Assembly: GCA_965224085.1 (NCBI GenBank)
Contig: CBDCYI010000004.1
Location: 1,696,001 to 1,760,000 of the forward strand
From: Candidatus Marinacidobacterales bacterium
GTDB lineage: Bacteria > Acidobacteriota > Vicinamibacteria > Marinacidobacterales > SMYC01
Direction: 5' to 3'
Length of the DNA stretch: 64,000 nt
A program made the translations under genes and the position numbers. Each line of letters opens with the position of its first letter. Position 1 is the first letter of the stretch. Of this stretch, positions 1 through 10,797 are shown in pieces. The notes below the pieces were generated by a model. That model did not search any database. It saw nothing but the letters and a program-made list of their open reading frames with translations, and was not told where the DNA came from.

Positions 1-881
1 TCGCCGTCCATGAGCTCGCGCTTGCCGTGGTGGTAGTGCGGGTACCAGGCGTTCGGCCCGCCCGCGATGAGCGAGTAATAGGCGTCCGACTGCGCGCCTT
101 CTTTGAAGAAGATGAATTTGGCGAGTGCGTCGAGCTCGTACTCCATCATCCCGGGCCGGCTCGATCGCATCGCTTCCATGAGCGCAAGCCCGGAAAGGCG
201 GGTCGCTTTGCGAATCAGCTCGATCTCGCGGGGGCTTTTGACGAGGCGGAGCTGGTCGAGGATCGAAGAGAGATCCTCGATCTTGAATTGCGGGAACGTC
301 TCTCGGAGGCGCGCAAGAAAGTGCGCCCCGCGCGAGGGTCGGCCGTCCCACGGATCGTTTGCAACGTCTCCGGCCGCGCGGGTTGCGAGGTCGCGGGCGC
401 TCGCCGCGCCTTCGGCGGGCTTGAACGCTGCGTACAGCGTCGGGACGCGCCCGCCCCAGGCGAAACGCGCGAGATGCTCACTCAACAGATCCACGCCGTG
501 AACAGCGTCGACACCGGAGAGCTCGCGGGTGAGGTCATCGTCTTCGGCGGACAGAAGCTTGCCTTCGCTCGACTCGCGCCGCGGGTTCCGGTGCAACAGG
601 TAGAGACGGGTCTTGCGCTCAGTGCCGTCGAGCAGAAGATAGGCGTGCGGCGTCTCGATGCCCGAAAGGTAGAAAAACGAGTTCGACTGCCGGAATCGAA
701 CGTAGCCGACGGGGCTCGGCGCGCCTTGCACGAGTGCCACCGCGTTCGGGCCGATCGCGTCGAAGACTTTGTCGCGTCTTGCTCGAAACTCCTCGGGCGA
801 GAAATCTTCGGTGAAAAGCGGCACGTCTTGGGCACTCGCGGTGGCCGCGAGCAGAGCGAGGGCGATGAGATAGCCATTCAT
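1..881 (-). CDS. Xaa-Pro aminopeptidase (M24B, aminopeptidase P) with signal peptide; partial, runs off left edge
   Basis: Not in ORF track. Read manually from ATG 881 (ATGA overlap with upstream stop): MNGYLIALALLAATASAQDVPLFTEDFSPEEFRARR...FRQSNSFFYLSGIE... and near the edge YSLIAGGPNAWYPHY, typical AMP_N plus M24 motifs. Confidence 0.85.
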   Translation of the reverse strand, partial: MNGYLIALALLAATASAQDVPLFTEDFSPEEFRARRDKVFDAIGPNAVALVQGAPSPVGYVRFRQSNSFFYLSGIETPHAYLLLDGTERKTRLYLLHRNPRRESSEGKLLSAEDDDLTRELSGVDAVHGVDLLSEHLARFAWGGRVPTLYAAFKPAEGAASARDLATRAAGDVANDPWDGRPSRGAHFLARLRETFPQFKIEDLSSILDQLRLVKSPREIELIRKATRLSGLALMEAMRSSRPGMMEYELDALAKFIFFKEGAQSDAYYSLIAGGPNAWYPHYHHGKRELMDG

Positions 882-2248
882 TCCGTGACTCCGTTGACGG
901 GAAGGGCGAGCTTCGATCTATCAATGACCGCCCCGCCTTTTATCACCATGCGAATTTTCTTGGCGTTTTTGATATCGGCGGTGGGATCCGCGTCGAGTAG
1001 CACGAGGTCGGCGCGTTTGCCGGGCTCGATCGTACCGAGCTCGTTTTCCATCCCCAGAAAAACCGCTCCATGTAGCGTTGCCATCCGGATGGCGTCGAGC
1101 GGCGAGATGCCGCCTCCCACGAGAAGCTCGAGCTCGCGATGAACGGCAGGGCCGAGGCTCTGGTCGGTGCCGAGAACGACGATGCCGCCAGCTTCGTGCA
1201 AGAGGCGCAAGTTCTCTTGCGCGACGGGGGTCATGACCTTCATCCATTGCGTCCAGCGGCGCTCTTCCCATTCGCGCCTGGTCGCCCCTCGCAATCGCTC
1301 GATCGCACTCAGCAAAAGCGTCGCGCGGTAGAGAGGCTCATCGAGAAACTCCGGATGGTCGACGAGGCGGCCATAGCCGTCTCCTATCGTGAGCGTCGAG
1401 ACTTGCGGAACGCGCTTGACCTTCATCATGTTGAGATAGCGCTCGCTGACAGGCGCCTGGATCACGGGATGGGCGAGCGTATCGACGCCGGCATAGATCG
1501 CGTCCCAAGCTCGAAGTTCGTTCGAGGTGTGCATCGTCGTGCGGATGCCGTGCTCGTGATAGTAGCGGATAACTTGCTCGAGTAAATCAACGGGCATGTG
1601 GCGAATGAGAGGGCGTGTGCCCCAACCGTGCTCGTCTTGGGTGATTTTGAGAATGTCGGGCTTTCTCGCGATATGTTCATCGAGCTTGGGCCGATCGCGG
1701 GCGAAGTCTTCGACGGTGACGGCGCCGCGTCCGCCATGGCCGCCTGGAGCGGTCACAACGCTCCCCGCTGCGAAGATGCGCGGCGCCACAATTTCGCCGC
1801 TTCTCTCCTGAGCACGCAGCGCGAAGATGAAATCGGGTGCGTTCCCCGCGTCGTAGATCGACGTCACGCCGCTATACAGATAGCCGTGGAGCGCGCGCAG
1901 CCCTTCGCTCGGCGAGCTTCCGGCGCGGCCGCCTCTGAGATGCACGTGCATGTCCATGAGGCCGGGCATTCCGAATTGGCCCGACCCATCGAGGCGCTCG
2001 GCACCCGGGGGTGCTTCGACCTTTCCGACGGCGACAAAGCGGCCGCCATCGATGACTACGCTCACGCCCGGCTCGGGGGGCGCCCCGGTTCCATCAATGA
2101 TGGTGACGTTCTCGATAACTATTGGGACGAGCGCGGGCTGTCCTCCCGCGCGGGTTGGCGCCAGCGCAACGAGCCCGAATACGCTGAGCAAAGAATTCCA
2201 GCAATGCATGTCGCGCATCATAGCTAGACGCGGCCTCGGAGGCCACAA
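878..2248 (-). CDS. Secreted metal-dependent amidohydrolase (imidazolonepropionase-related); true start probably ~2220/2208
   Basis: PGLMDMHVH metal motif, GTD, GTIEPGKRADLVLL C-terminal motif, N-terminal signal peptide. Confidence 0.9.
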   Translation of the reverse strand: MWPPRPRLAMMRDMHCWNSLLSVFGLVALAPTRAGGQPALVPIVIENVTIIDGTGAPPEPGVSVVIDGGRFVAVGKVEAPPGAERLDGSGQFGMPGLMDMHVHLRGGRAGSSPSEGLRALHGYLYSGVTSIYDAGNAPDFIFALRAQERSGEIVAPRIFAAGSVVTAPGGHGGRGAVTVEDFARDRPKLDEHIARKPDILKITQDEHGWGTRPLIRHMPVDLLEQVIRYYHEHGIRTTMHTSNELRAWDAIYAGVDTLAHPVIQAPVSERYLNMMKVKRVPQVSTLTIGDGYGRLVDHPEFLDEPLYRATLLLSAIERLRGATRREWEERRWTQWMKVMTPVAQENLRLLHEAGGIVVLGTDQSLGPAVHRELELLVGGGISPLDAIRMATLHGAVFLGMENELGTIEPGKRADLVLLDADPTADIKNAKKIRMVIKGGAVIDRSKLALPVNGVTE

Positions 2249-2257
2249 TGGGGTCCA

Positions 2258-2671
2258 ATGTTCAAAGTCATGACGGGATTCTTCAAAGCGATGCTGACAG
2301 TCCTACCAGCACCGTGGCTCATTTGGATTGGGACGCTCTTGTTCGTGAACATGGTCGTGCCGCTTTTCTTCCTCGACCAACTCGAGGCGCAAGTCGTGCT
2401 CGCCGCGACGATGCTAGGCGCGCTCATTCAGATGTCCATTTTCAAAGCCAAAGGGTTCGTGCGGCTTCTCGGGATCGGCCATCTTCCGTGGCTTCTTGTC
2501 GTGCTGTGGCTCGCGAGCTGGACGAGCGCGATTGGGACCGACACGCTGTTCGGGCAATGGATCCTGGCCGTCATCGTCCTCGATGGTCTCTCGCTCGTCA
2601 TCGATGCCATCGACGTCGTTCGCTACATCAATGGCGATCGCACACCCGCCACAACGCTCGAAGACGCGTGA
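2258..2671 (+). CDS. Small integral membrane protein (about 4-5 TM), unknown function
   Basis: 137 aa hydrophobic ORF filling the gap before the S9 peptidase. Confidence 0.7.
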   Translation: MFKVMTGFFKAMLTVLPAPWLIWIGTLLFVNMVVPLFFLDQLEAQVVLAATMLGALIQMSIFKAKGFVRLLGIGHLPWLLVVLWLASWTSAIGTDTLFGQWILAVIVLDGLSLVIDAIDVVRYINGDRTPATTLEDA

Positions 2672-2710
2672 TAAGATTCGAGGCCATTCGGTCCTTCTAG
2701 GAGTTTCGTC

Positions 2711-5161
2711 ATGGCCCTTTTTGCCCGTGTTTTCGGTCTCGTTTTCTTGGCGCTTTTGGCGGGCGATGCAAACGCTCAGGAAACCGTCGACTATCAGATG
2801 CCGCCTCAGGCGATGGCCGCTATCGCCGATGCCGCGCCCACCCCCGGAATCGTAGTCGACCCGACGAAGACGTGGCTTCTCGTGCTCGAAAGACGGAGCT
2901 TGTCCTCGATACGCGAGCTCGCTGAGCCTGAGCTTCGGCTCGCGGGGCTCCGCATCCAGCCGGCAACCAACGCGCGCAGCCGCCGGCGGGTCGCCACGCA
3001 TGTGGAGCTCGTCGCCATCGCCGATGGTTCGACGCGCAGCGTCACTGGGCTTCCGAGTGGAGCTCAAATCGCGCATATCGATGATGCGAGCTTCTCCCCC
3101 GACGGCAGTCTTGCAGCATTCTCGCTGACGACGGCCGCGGGCATGGAGCTCTGGATCCTCGACGTCGCCTCGGGCGCCGCGAAGCGCGTGCTGGAAGATC
3201 TCAACGGTGTGTTTCGCGGACGGCCTTACGCGTGGCTATCGGACAGCCGGAGCCTCGTCGCCAAAGTCGTGCCAGACCGCCGCGGTGCTCCGCCAGAAGC
3301 TCCTTTTGTCCCTTCGGGACCCATCGTGCAAGAAGCGAGCGGAACAAAATCTGCGGCCCGCACTTATCAGGACCTTTTGACGAGCCATCACGACGAAGCG
3401 CTCTTTGAGCATTACGCCCAGACGCAAATCGTTCGCGTGAGCGTCGAGGGAGCAGTCGATAAGCTCGGAGCCCCGGGGCTCGTCGCGCGGGCGGTGCCGT
3501 CACCGGATGGCGAGCACGTCCTCGTCGAGCGGCTGGAACGGCCGTTCTCCTACTTAGTGCCGTATTACCGGTTCGGTCACCGCGTCCAGGTTCTGGATAG
3601 GTTAGGCGCGCTCGTAAAAGAAGTTGCGCGTTTACCGCTCGCGGAAGACGTCGCCATCGGGCGCAACGCGGTTCGCACGGGGCGGCGCGATTTCGGCTGG
3701 CGGGCCGATGCGGACGCGACACTCTACTTTATCGAAGCTACAGATGGAGGCGACCCGCGCGCCGAAGCCAAGTTTCGAGACGCGGTCTATACGTGGAGCG
3801 CGCCGTTCCAAAGCGAACCTGACACGCTCATATCGCTCGGCCTGCGCTTCGCCGACGTCCATTGGGGAAGTGACGCTGTCGCTCTCGTTGAGGAGTGGTG
3901 GTGGGCGACGCGGACGCGGCGCGTGTTTCGCGTCGAGCCGGCATCGAGCGACGAGCCCCCGAAGATGGTCTTCGACTATTCCTACGAAGATCGTTACAAC
4001 GCGCCCGGCTCGCCGCTCATGACGCGCACGGCGCGTGGCTCGCTCGTCCTCGCGACTTCGGCGGACGGCAAATCGATCTATTTGAGAGGCGAAGGTGCAT
4101 CGCCCGAAGGCAACCGTCCCTTCATCGACGCGCTCGATTTGGAAAGCGGCGCCAAAACGCGCCTCTTCCACTCCGAAGCCCCGTATTACGAGATGCCAAT
4201 CACTTGGATCGACGCCGAGGCAGGTCAACTGCTGACGCGGCGCGAATCTCGCGATGAGCCGCCGAACTACTTCGTGCACGCCTCGGGGGATGTGCGGGCC
4301 GTGACGCGCTTTTCCAATCCCTATCCCGGGCTCGAAAGCGTAGGGCGGGAGCTCGTCCGTTACGACCGCGCGGACGGCGTGAAGCTGAGCGCGACTTTGT
4401 ACACGCCCGCTGGCTACACTTCCGAGGATGGCCCGCTTCCCATGCTCGTTTGGGCCTATCCGCGTGAGTACAAGAGCGCGAGCGCCGCCGCACAAGTCCG
4501 GGACTCACCGCATCGTTTCTCGCGCGTTAGCTGGGGATCGCCCCTCTACTGGCTGACTCAAGGCTACGCCGTCATGGAAGGCGCGACGATGCCCATCATT
4601 GGCGAGGGTGACGAGGAGCCGAACGATACTTACGTGGAGCAGCTCGTGGCGAGCGGTAGCGCGGCGGTGGACGAAGCCGTGCGGCGCGGAATCGCCGATC
4701 GCGAGCGCGTCGGCATCGGAGGTCACTCCTATGGCGCGTTCATGACGGCGAATCTTCTCGCTCATTCCGACACGTTTCGCGCCGGCATCGCGCGAAGCGG
4801 CGCCTACAATCGCACGCTCACGCCCTTCGGCTTCCAATCCGAGCAGCGTACGTACTGGGAAGCGCCGGAGATCTATTTTGCCATGTCGCCCTTCATGCAC
4901 GCGCAGAAGATCGACGAGCCCATTTTGCTCATTCACGGTGTCGCCGACAACAACTCGGGAACGTTCCCCATTCAGAGCCGCCGGCTCTATCACGCGCTCA
5001 AAGGACACGGCGCGAGGGCGCGGCTCGTAATGCTCCCGCACGAGAGCCACGGCTATCAGGCGAGAGAATCCGTCATGCACACACTCTGGGAAATGAACGT
5101 GTGGCTCGACAAGTACGTCAAGAACGCTCCCCCGCGCAACACGACGAGCGAGGAGAATTGA
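2711..5161 (+). CDS. S9 prolyl oligopeptidase family peptidase (glutamyl endopeptidase-like), secreted
   Basis: Signal peptide, beta-propeller region, GGHSYGAFM nucleophile, D-N and ESHGY triad motifs; AGGAG RBS. Confidence 0.92.
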   Translation: MALFARVFGLVFLALLAGDANAQETVDYQMPPQAMAAIADAAPTPGIVVDPTKTWLLVLERRSLSSIRELAEPELRLAGLRIQPATNARSRRRVATHVELVAIADGSTRSVTGLPSGAQIAHIDDASFSPDGSLAAFSLTTAAGMELWILDVASGAAKRVLEDLNGVFRGRPYAWLSDSRSLVAKVVPDRRGAPPEAPFVPSGPIVQEASGTKSAARTYQDLLTSHHDEALFEHYAQTQIVRVSVEGAVDKLGAPGLVARAVPSPDGEHVLVERLERPFSYLVPYYRFGHRVQVLDRLGALVKEVARLPLAEDVAIGRNAVRTGRRDFGWRADADATLYFIEATDGGDPRAEAKFRDAVYTWSAPFQSEPDTLISLGLRFADVHWGSDAVALVEEWWWATRTRRVFRVEPASSDEPPKMVFDYSYEDRYNAPGSPLMTRTARGSLVLATSADGKSIYLRGEGASPEGNRPFIDALDLESGAKTRLFHSEAPYYEMPITWIDAEAGQLLTRRESRDEPPNYFVHASGDVRAVTRFSNPYPGLESVGRELVRYDRADGVKLSATLYTPAGYTSEDGPLPMLVWAYPREYKSASAAAQVRDSPHRFSRVSWGSPLYWLTQGYAVMEGATMPIIGEGDEEPNDTYVEQLVASGSAAVDEAVRRGIADRERVGIGGHSYGAFMTANLLAHSDTFRAGIARSGAYNRTLTPFGFQSEQRTYWEAPEIYFAMSPFMHAQKIDEPILLIHGVADNNSGTFPIQSRRLYHALKGHGARARLVMLPHESHGYQARESVMHTLWEMNVWLDKYVKNAPPRNTTSEEN

Positions 5162-5748
5162 ACCGAGACCAATCGGACGAGAGCGAATATCCATCGCAGG
5201 TCACCGAGCTTCTCAACGCCTGGCAAGAAGGCCGGCAGTGCGCGGTCGACGAGTTGATACCGCTCGTCTATCAAGAGCTGCGAAAGCTCGCGCGAAGCTA
5301 TTTGCGGAACGAGCGCCCGGACCACACGCTGCAAGCGACGGCGCTCGTGAACGAAGCTTATTTGCGATTGTTGGGGCAGAAGAACGTCCAGTGGGAGAAC
5401 CGCAAACACTTTTTTCGGGATCGCGTCCCAGCTCATGCGGCGGATCCTCGTCGACCATGCCCGCAAGCGCGCCGCCGGCAAGCGCGGCGGCGCCGAGCCT
5501 CTCGTCTTCTTCGAAGAAAACAACGTCGCGCCATCGGAGCAGCCCGATCTCATCGAGCTCGACGCGGCTCTCGACGCTTTCGCAAAAATCGACCCGATCA
5601 AGCGAAGCTCGTGGAGCTCCGATACTTTACCGGCTTGACTATCGACGAGACGGCCAAAGTGCTCGAGCTGTCTCCTGCCACCGTGAAGCGAGAATGGATC
5701 GTTGCGAAAGCTTGGCTTCGGCGAGAGCTCGGGCGCCGGAATGAGTGA
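5158..5748 (+). pseudogene. ECF sigma factor (TIGR02999-type) with two compensating frameshifts
   Basis: VTELL..LIPLVYQELRKLARSYLR..HTLQATALVNEAYLRL; the central MRRILVDHAR..LDAAL block is in another frame (5435-5638); ELRYFTGLT..ATVKREW..AKAWL is back in frame. TTG start after AGGAG. Confidence 0.85.
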
Positions 5749-5794
5749 CTTCCTTAGGGCCGAGCGCACTCGACACGATGGTTTACGGATAGGG

Positions 5795-6839
5795 CTACGG
5801 ACAGCTCCCGGCGCCGGCTCCGTTCACGGAAACGAATTGAAACGATCCCGTGAACACACCGCCGCCAGAGGTGTTACAAAGAGGCGAGACGCCGGTGGCG
5901 GTGTTGCCCGAGCCTCCCACGGTGACGGCGCCGCCCTCAGCACGGAGCCCTCTATTGTTCTGCATGGTCAGATCGACGTTGTTCAGCAGGAGGGTGTTCC
6001 CCGCGTTGATGCGATGCCCCTGCCTCGCATTCAGGATCGAGCCTAACAGCGACAGGGTGGAGCCGCTGCCACTTTGTCGTGAAACCCAAGACGCGCCTGG
6101 AGCGGCAACCACCAACCGTCGCCCGCCCACGTTGGCCGGGGCAGTTACGAAAATGCCATTTCTGGAGAAGCCGCTCAGGTCCTGGAGATCGACCGAGCTT
6201 GCAGCCCTTACGCGCACTGCGTCTCGGCCTCCGGAAGTGGAGATCCCAATGATGGTAGCGTTGCCCATCGTCGCGACAACGGTGCCACTCCCGACCGCGA
6301 GTGACAACACGGGCGCTGACGTCGGCGGGATTGTTTCACCTGAATAGCACACCTCCACACCCGATCCGATGGAGTCTCTGACCGTCCTCCAGGACCACAC
6401 CCCCGGCATAGTTGCCCGCAAGCACAACGATGGTATCCCCGGGACTCGCTGCACCGCTCGCCGCAGCGATGGTGTTGAATGGGGACCTAAATGTACCGGT
6501 CCCTCCCGGAGAGCTGTTGCTGTTCACAAACCAGCTGGAATCCGGAACTTTGGCGCCGGAACAGTCGAATGGACCGCTCACGGGTAGACCAATCTCGATA
6601 TGCCTTAGACGAGAGCAGTCATCGAGCTCGCCTTCGACGCTCAACCGCACCCGAACGCGCCGCGTTTCGACTTGCGTGATGCCTCGATAGACGTGATCGA
6701 AAGTATCTCGAATCATGAACTGAGTTCGGCTTTCGTTCATCGGATCGCCCTGGCCGAGGCTGATCGTCTCGGAATGCGTGGGATCGTTTTCTTCATCCCA
6801 CCAGATCTGAAGCTTTTTATATCGATGCGATTTTCTCAA
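5795..6839 (-). pseudogene. Pectin-lyase-like beta-helix protein, split by a +1 frameshift near 6372
   Basis: GTFRSPFNTIAAA..PGDTIVVLAGNY..LEDGQRL continues as IGSGVEV in the other frame (extra C in CTCCATC). Confidence 0.6.
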
Positions 6840-6882
6840 GGGTTTCTCTATTCACGAAGGATCGTCTGGCAGAGGCCCTCGA

Positions 6883-7637
6883 ATGCGCACGGCGGCTCTT
6901 GAGGGAAGATCCTTTCACGAGCACGCACACCGCACCATCATGGAGCTCTATCAGAAACAAGGTCGGCCCGAGCGCGCGATCGAACAGTTCGAGCGCTACC
7001 GAAGAGTGCTACGCGAGCAGCTGAACGTCGAGCCGTCGCCTGAGCTCGTTTTGATGCGCACCCGCATTCGATCCGGGCGACGACACTCATCCTCAACCGA
7101 GCCGCGGACGCCTGACGCGCTTCGTGCGGAGTGGAACCGAGCGCTCGCAAGCGATCGCTGGCACGAGCTTGCGGATCCTATGGACGCCGTGACCGAATCC
7201 TTCGATATTCGTGGCCGTTTCGAGTAGGGCGCCTCTCTGTTGAGCGCCGCCATCGCTGCGCTGCCGGATGGCGACCCGCTCGTGGGCAAGCTTCTGATCC
7301 GGCGGGGGACTCTAGAAGTCTCGAGAGGCTGCCTCGTCTCTGCGCGCGACGCGCTCGTGCGCGGGCTCGTTCAGGTGCGCCGTCGCGGCGAGCTTCGTGA
7401 GTCGGCTATCGGTTTCAATCGACTCGGCTATGTCGCTTTCGCGCTCGGCCGGCGGGACGAAGCGTTTCGCTCGCTCAGGCGAAGCATCGCGATGTTTCGC
7501 GACCTGAGAGATCATACCGGTCTCGCATGGTCGCTCAACGTTGTCGGGCACTTGAACGTCGAGGCGGGTTTGATCTCGCGAGCACGTGCGCTCCTCGAAG
7601 AAAGTCTCGAGCTCGCCTCCGAGCTCGAACAGTTCGC
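6883..7637 (+). pseudogene. Fragmented SARP/AfsR-like regulator (BTAD domain plus TPRs), cut by an IS end
   Basis: EHAHRTIMELY..GRPERAIEQFERYRRVLREQLNVEPSPE (BTAD); TPR-like LAWSLNVVG..ARALLEESLEL; stop at 7225-7227. Confidence 0.7.
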
Positions 7638-7791
7638 TGCCTTGGTGCACAACTCCGATAGAGGCCGAGAGCTCGCTTGGCCCCGACTCCCATCATCCGA
7701 TCATCTCGCTATCAGGCATCCCGAGCGCCGTCATGGTGTTGAGAATCTTGCACCCGATCCTTGCCTCGACTCTCTGTGCCGCCAACCCTCT
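7638..7791 (-). mobile_element. Right-end fragment of the IS5/IS903-like element (inverted copy of ~11731-11884)
   Basis: Matches the reverse complement of 11731-11884, including IR TGCCTTGGTGCACAACTC. Confidence 0.9.
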
Positions 7792-8401
7792 GGTCGCACC
7801 CGCAACCACTCAAGCTACCGCCGAGCATCTCCAACTACTACTCCAGCAGTTGCTCCTCGTTCGACAACATCGTCGTGCCTCCGACCAGCATCTCGAGAAG
7901 TGGTTCAAGCGCGTGCAAGCACTAACCGACGAGCATTGCTCCGACCCTGCCATTCTTGCCTCTTTGCCCGGCGTCGGTGCTTACGTGCTCGCCTCCGTGC
8001 TCTGCTATGCCCACGACCCCATTCGGCTCCGTAATCTCAACGCCTTCAGGACTCTCGGCGGCATTGCTCCTGTCACAAAAAAGAGCGGCAAGCGCGGTCA
8101 GTTGCGACCAACGATCCTGATGAGGAGAGCTCGCTCTTTGCCCCTCAATAATGCTCTCCACCATTGGGCACGCACTGCCGTTTTGCACGACCCCCACTTC
8201 AAAGAACACTACGACCGGCTTCGTGACAGAGGCCACAGCCATGCCAGAGCTCTCAGAGGCGTCATGGACCGCATTCTCCCCATCGCCATTGCGATGCTTC
8301 GACAAGGAACCCTTTACGACCCCTCCCGGTGGCCCACAAAAAAAGCGAATCGCGGATGACTATTACGAAGAACGTTTTCTCTTGATCCGGCGTGGGGAGT
8401 C
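7792..8401 (+). mobile_element. IS110-family transposase, C-terminal remnant plus right end
   Basis: ILASLPGVG..LGGIAPVTKKSGK..HYDRLRDRGHSHARALR (IS116/IS110/IS902 domain), stop 8359; non-coding tail to ...GGGGAGTC abuts rnr. Confidence 0.8.
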
Positions 8402-10261
8402 CATTTTGTCCGCCATGAAACGGACTTTCTTCCAATCAACAAGCTCGCGCTCCGCCTCTTCCGCGCGCCGCTCGGTAATCGAGCTGTGCTCGGCGATGTC
8501 TTCGAGGCCGTCTTCCGAGGGCTCTTCGGCGCGCCCCAGCTTTCGCAAGAGACGATGCACGACCAGATCCGGGTAGCGGCGAATGGGCGACGTGACATGG
8601 GTGTAAGACGATGTCGCGAGCGCGTAGTGGCCCGCCTGCTCGGCCGAGTAGACGGCTTTTTTCATCGTGCGCAACATCGCGAAAGAGATGAGCCGCTCCT
8701 CCGGCTTGCCTTCGATACGCCGGAGAAGTTTTTGAAACGCTTTGGACGAGATGGACTCCGACGGCGCCCGCAAACGATAGCCGAGCCCGAGAATGAAGTC
8801 CTCGAATTGCTCGACGCGATCCTCATCCGGAGCTTCGTGCAAACGGTGGATAGAAGGAACATCTCGATTCGAAAGGAAGCGCGCGACCTCTTCATTCGCG
8901 AGCAGCATGAACTCTTCGATCAGGCGATGAGCGACGTTGCGCTCCGCAACGCAAATGTCGACGATCGCACCTTCCTCATCGAGAACGACTTCCGCTTCCG
9001 GCCGGTCGAAGTCGATCGATCCTCGAGCGCCACGACGCGCGCGAAGAATCTGGTAGAGCGCGAGCATTTTCTCGAACTCGGGCAGAAGTGAGGCATATTC
9101 GCGCCTGAGGTCCTCGCCGTCCTCGGAGAGAATCCCAAAGACGTTCGTATAAGTCATGCGCGCGGCGCTTCGAATGACGCCGTCGGTAAAGCGGCTTCGA
9201 ACGACCTCACCGTTCGGCGAGACTTCGATGAAAACGCTCTGCACGAGGCGGTCCACGCCGGGCTTCAAGCTGCAGATGCCGTTCGACAGGCGTTCGGGGA
9301 GCATCGGGACGGCGCGGTCGGGGAAATAGACGGAGGTCCCGCGACGGAACGCTTCGCGATCGAGGAGCGTTCCGTCGCGTACATAATGCGAGACATCCGC
9401 GATGTGCACACCGAGCCGGTAATGGCCGTTATCGAGAAGCTCCACTTCGACCGCATCATCGAAATCGCGCGCCGTCTCCCCGTCGATAGTGACGATGAGC
9501 CGTTTGCGAAAGTCTTCCCTTCCTTCGAGCGCGTCGTCACCTAGCTCGGCCTCGACCGACTCGGCCTCCGCCAAGACATCTTCAGGGAAGACCTCCGCAA
9601 TGCCGTGCTTCGCGAGCACGACCCGCACATCGACGCCCGGCTCGTCGACGCTGCCGAGAACTTGGATAATCCGCCCCATCGGTGCGCGGTAAGGCGACGG
9701 AAAGCGCGTGAGCTCGACGACAACCATATCGCCTGCCGCGGCACCCATCAGATCGTTCGCAGGCAGGAAGACTTCGTAAAGAAGACGCGCATCGAAGGGA
9801 ACGACCCGCGTCCCGCCGGAGTCGATCTCGAGACGACCGACGAGCGACGTCGTCCGCCGCTCCAAGACATCGACGATGCGTCCTTCGGGCCGACCTTCCC
9901 GCCCGCGCCGGTCGATGTGGACGAGCACCCGATCACCGTGAAGCGCCTCGCCGAGATGGCCTCCGGCGACATAGACGTCTCCTTGCCCGCGCTCCACCGG
10001 AACGACGAAGCCGAACCCGCCGCGCTTGACCTCGAGCCGTCCAGCGACGAGATCCATCTTCTCTGGAAGCCCAATCCGATCCGCTCGCGTGCGCGCAAGC
10101 TCCCCTTTGGCGATCATGTCTTCGATGACACGCTGCGCCTCCACCCGCGCCTCGCCTTTTACCCGGAGCTGTTTGAGGAGATCTTTCTCGGTGGTAGGCC
10201 GGCCGAGCTTCCGAAGGCGTTCGCGAATCTTCTCGCGGATCGAGTCTGAATCGAGTGTCAT
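8363..10261 (-). pseudogene. rnr: Ribonuclease R, C-terminally truncated (S1 domain missing)
   Basis: GGFGFV cold-shock domains, TIDGETARDFDDA, GVHIADVSHYV, TSPIRRYPDL; homology ends at KVRFMADKM (~8402). Confidence 0.9.
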
Positions 10262-10273
10262 AAGGGAGCCGAG

Positions 10274-10302
10274 TTGAAAGCCGGGCCGCGTCTTTGTATC
10301 AT
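10274..10302 (+). promoter_or_regulatory. sigma70-type promoter for tRNA-Leu
   Basis: TTGAAA-17 bp-TATCAT, 21 nt upstream of the tRNA. Confidence 0.6.
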
Positions 10303-10323
10303 CGTTTGCTCGACCACAATAGT

Positions 10324-10409
10324 GCCGAAGTGGCGGAACGGCAGACGCGCTGCGTTCAGGGCGCAGTTTCCTTCGGGGAGTGGGGGTTCAAATCCCCCCT
10401 TCGGCACCA
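10324..10409 (+). tRNA. tRNA-Leu (anticodon CAG)
   Basis: GCCGAAG/CTTCGGC acceptor stem, CTGCG-TTCAGGG-CGCAG anticodon arm, long variable arm, GGTTCAAATCC T-loop, encoded CCA. Confidence 0.97.
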
Positions 10410-10460
10410 ATTTTTTCGTCTCCCTTATCCATCAACGACTTAGCACAACCGAGGGGGGTG

Positions 10461-10482
10461 TTGGGTCACATTTGGGTCACAT
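10461..10482. repeat. Perfect tandem 11-mer TTGGGTCACAT x2 (possible integrase arm-type sites)
   Basis: Seen directly, ~50 bp downstream of the tRNA 3' end; function is inferred. Confidence 0.5.
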
Positions 10483-10797
10483 CCGGGGCGCCGCGCAAGG
10501 CCCAATACTGCGTATGTCGCAGGCTCATGTTCTGCGCGGATTCCCCAAAACTTTGCGGAAACCTGAGGTCATGGACGCCACCATCGCTTGCTTCAGCGTT
10601 GTGTGAGAGTGGTCTCGATAATCGACGGGACTGTTTGCAGGGTAATCGATGGGATCGCTCTAAACAGTCCGCCGTCCATGCCGTATAGCCACTGCAGGTG
10701 GTGTTTCCCGTTTCCGCTTCCCGATCTCTATAGAGGCAATGGGAAGCGGAAACGATCCCATCAAATAGCTCCGGGACGCGAACTCCAGGCCAGCCGG

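Noticed and set aside
27-1142. 371-aa plus-strand ORF and other long antisense ORFs (13240-14208, 15252-16391, 23156-24841, 55510-56778)
   Set aside because: They are shadows of well-supported genes on the opposite strand, common in GC-rich DNA, and carry no motifs.
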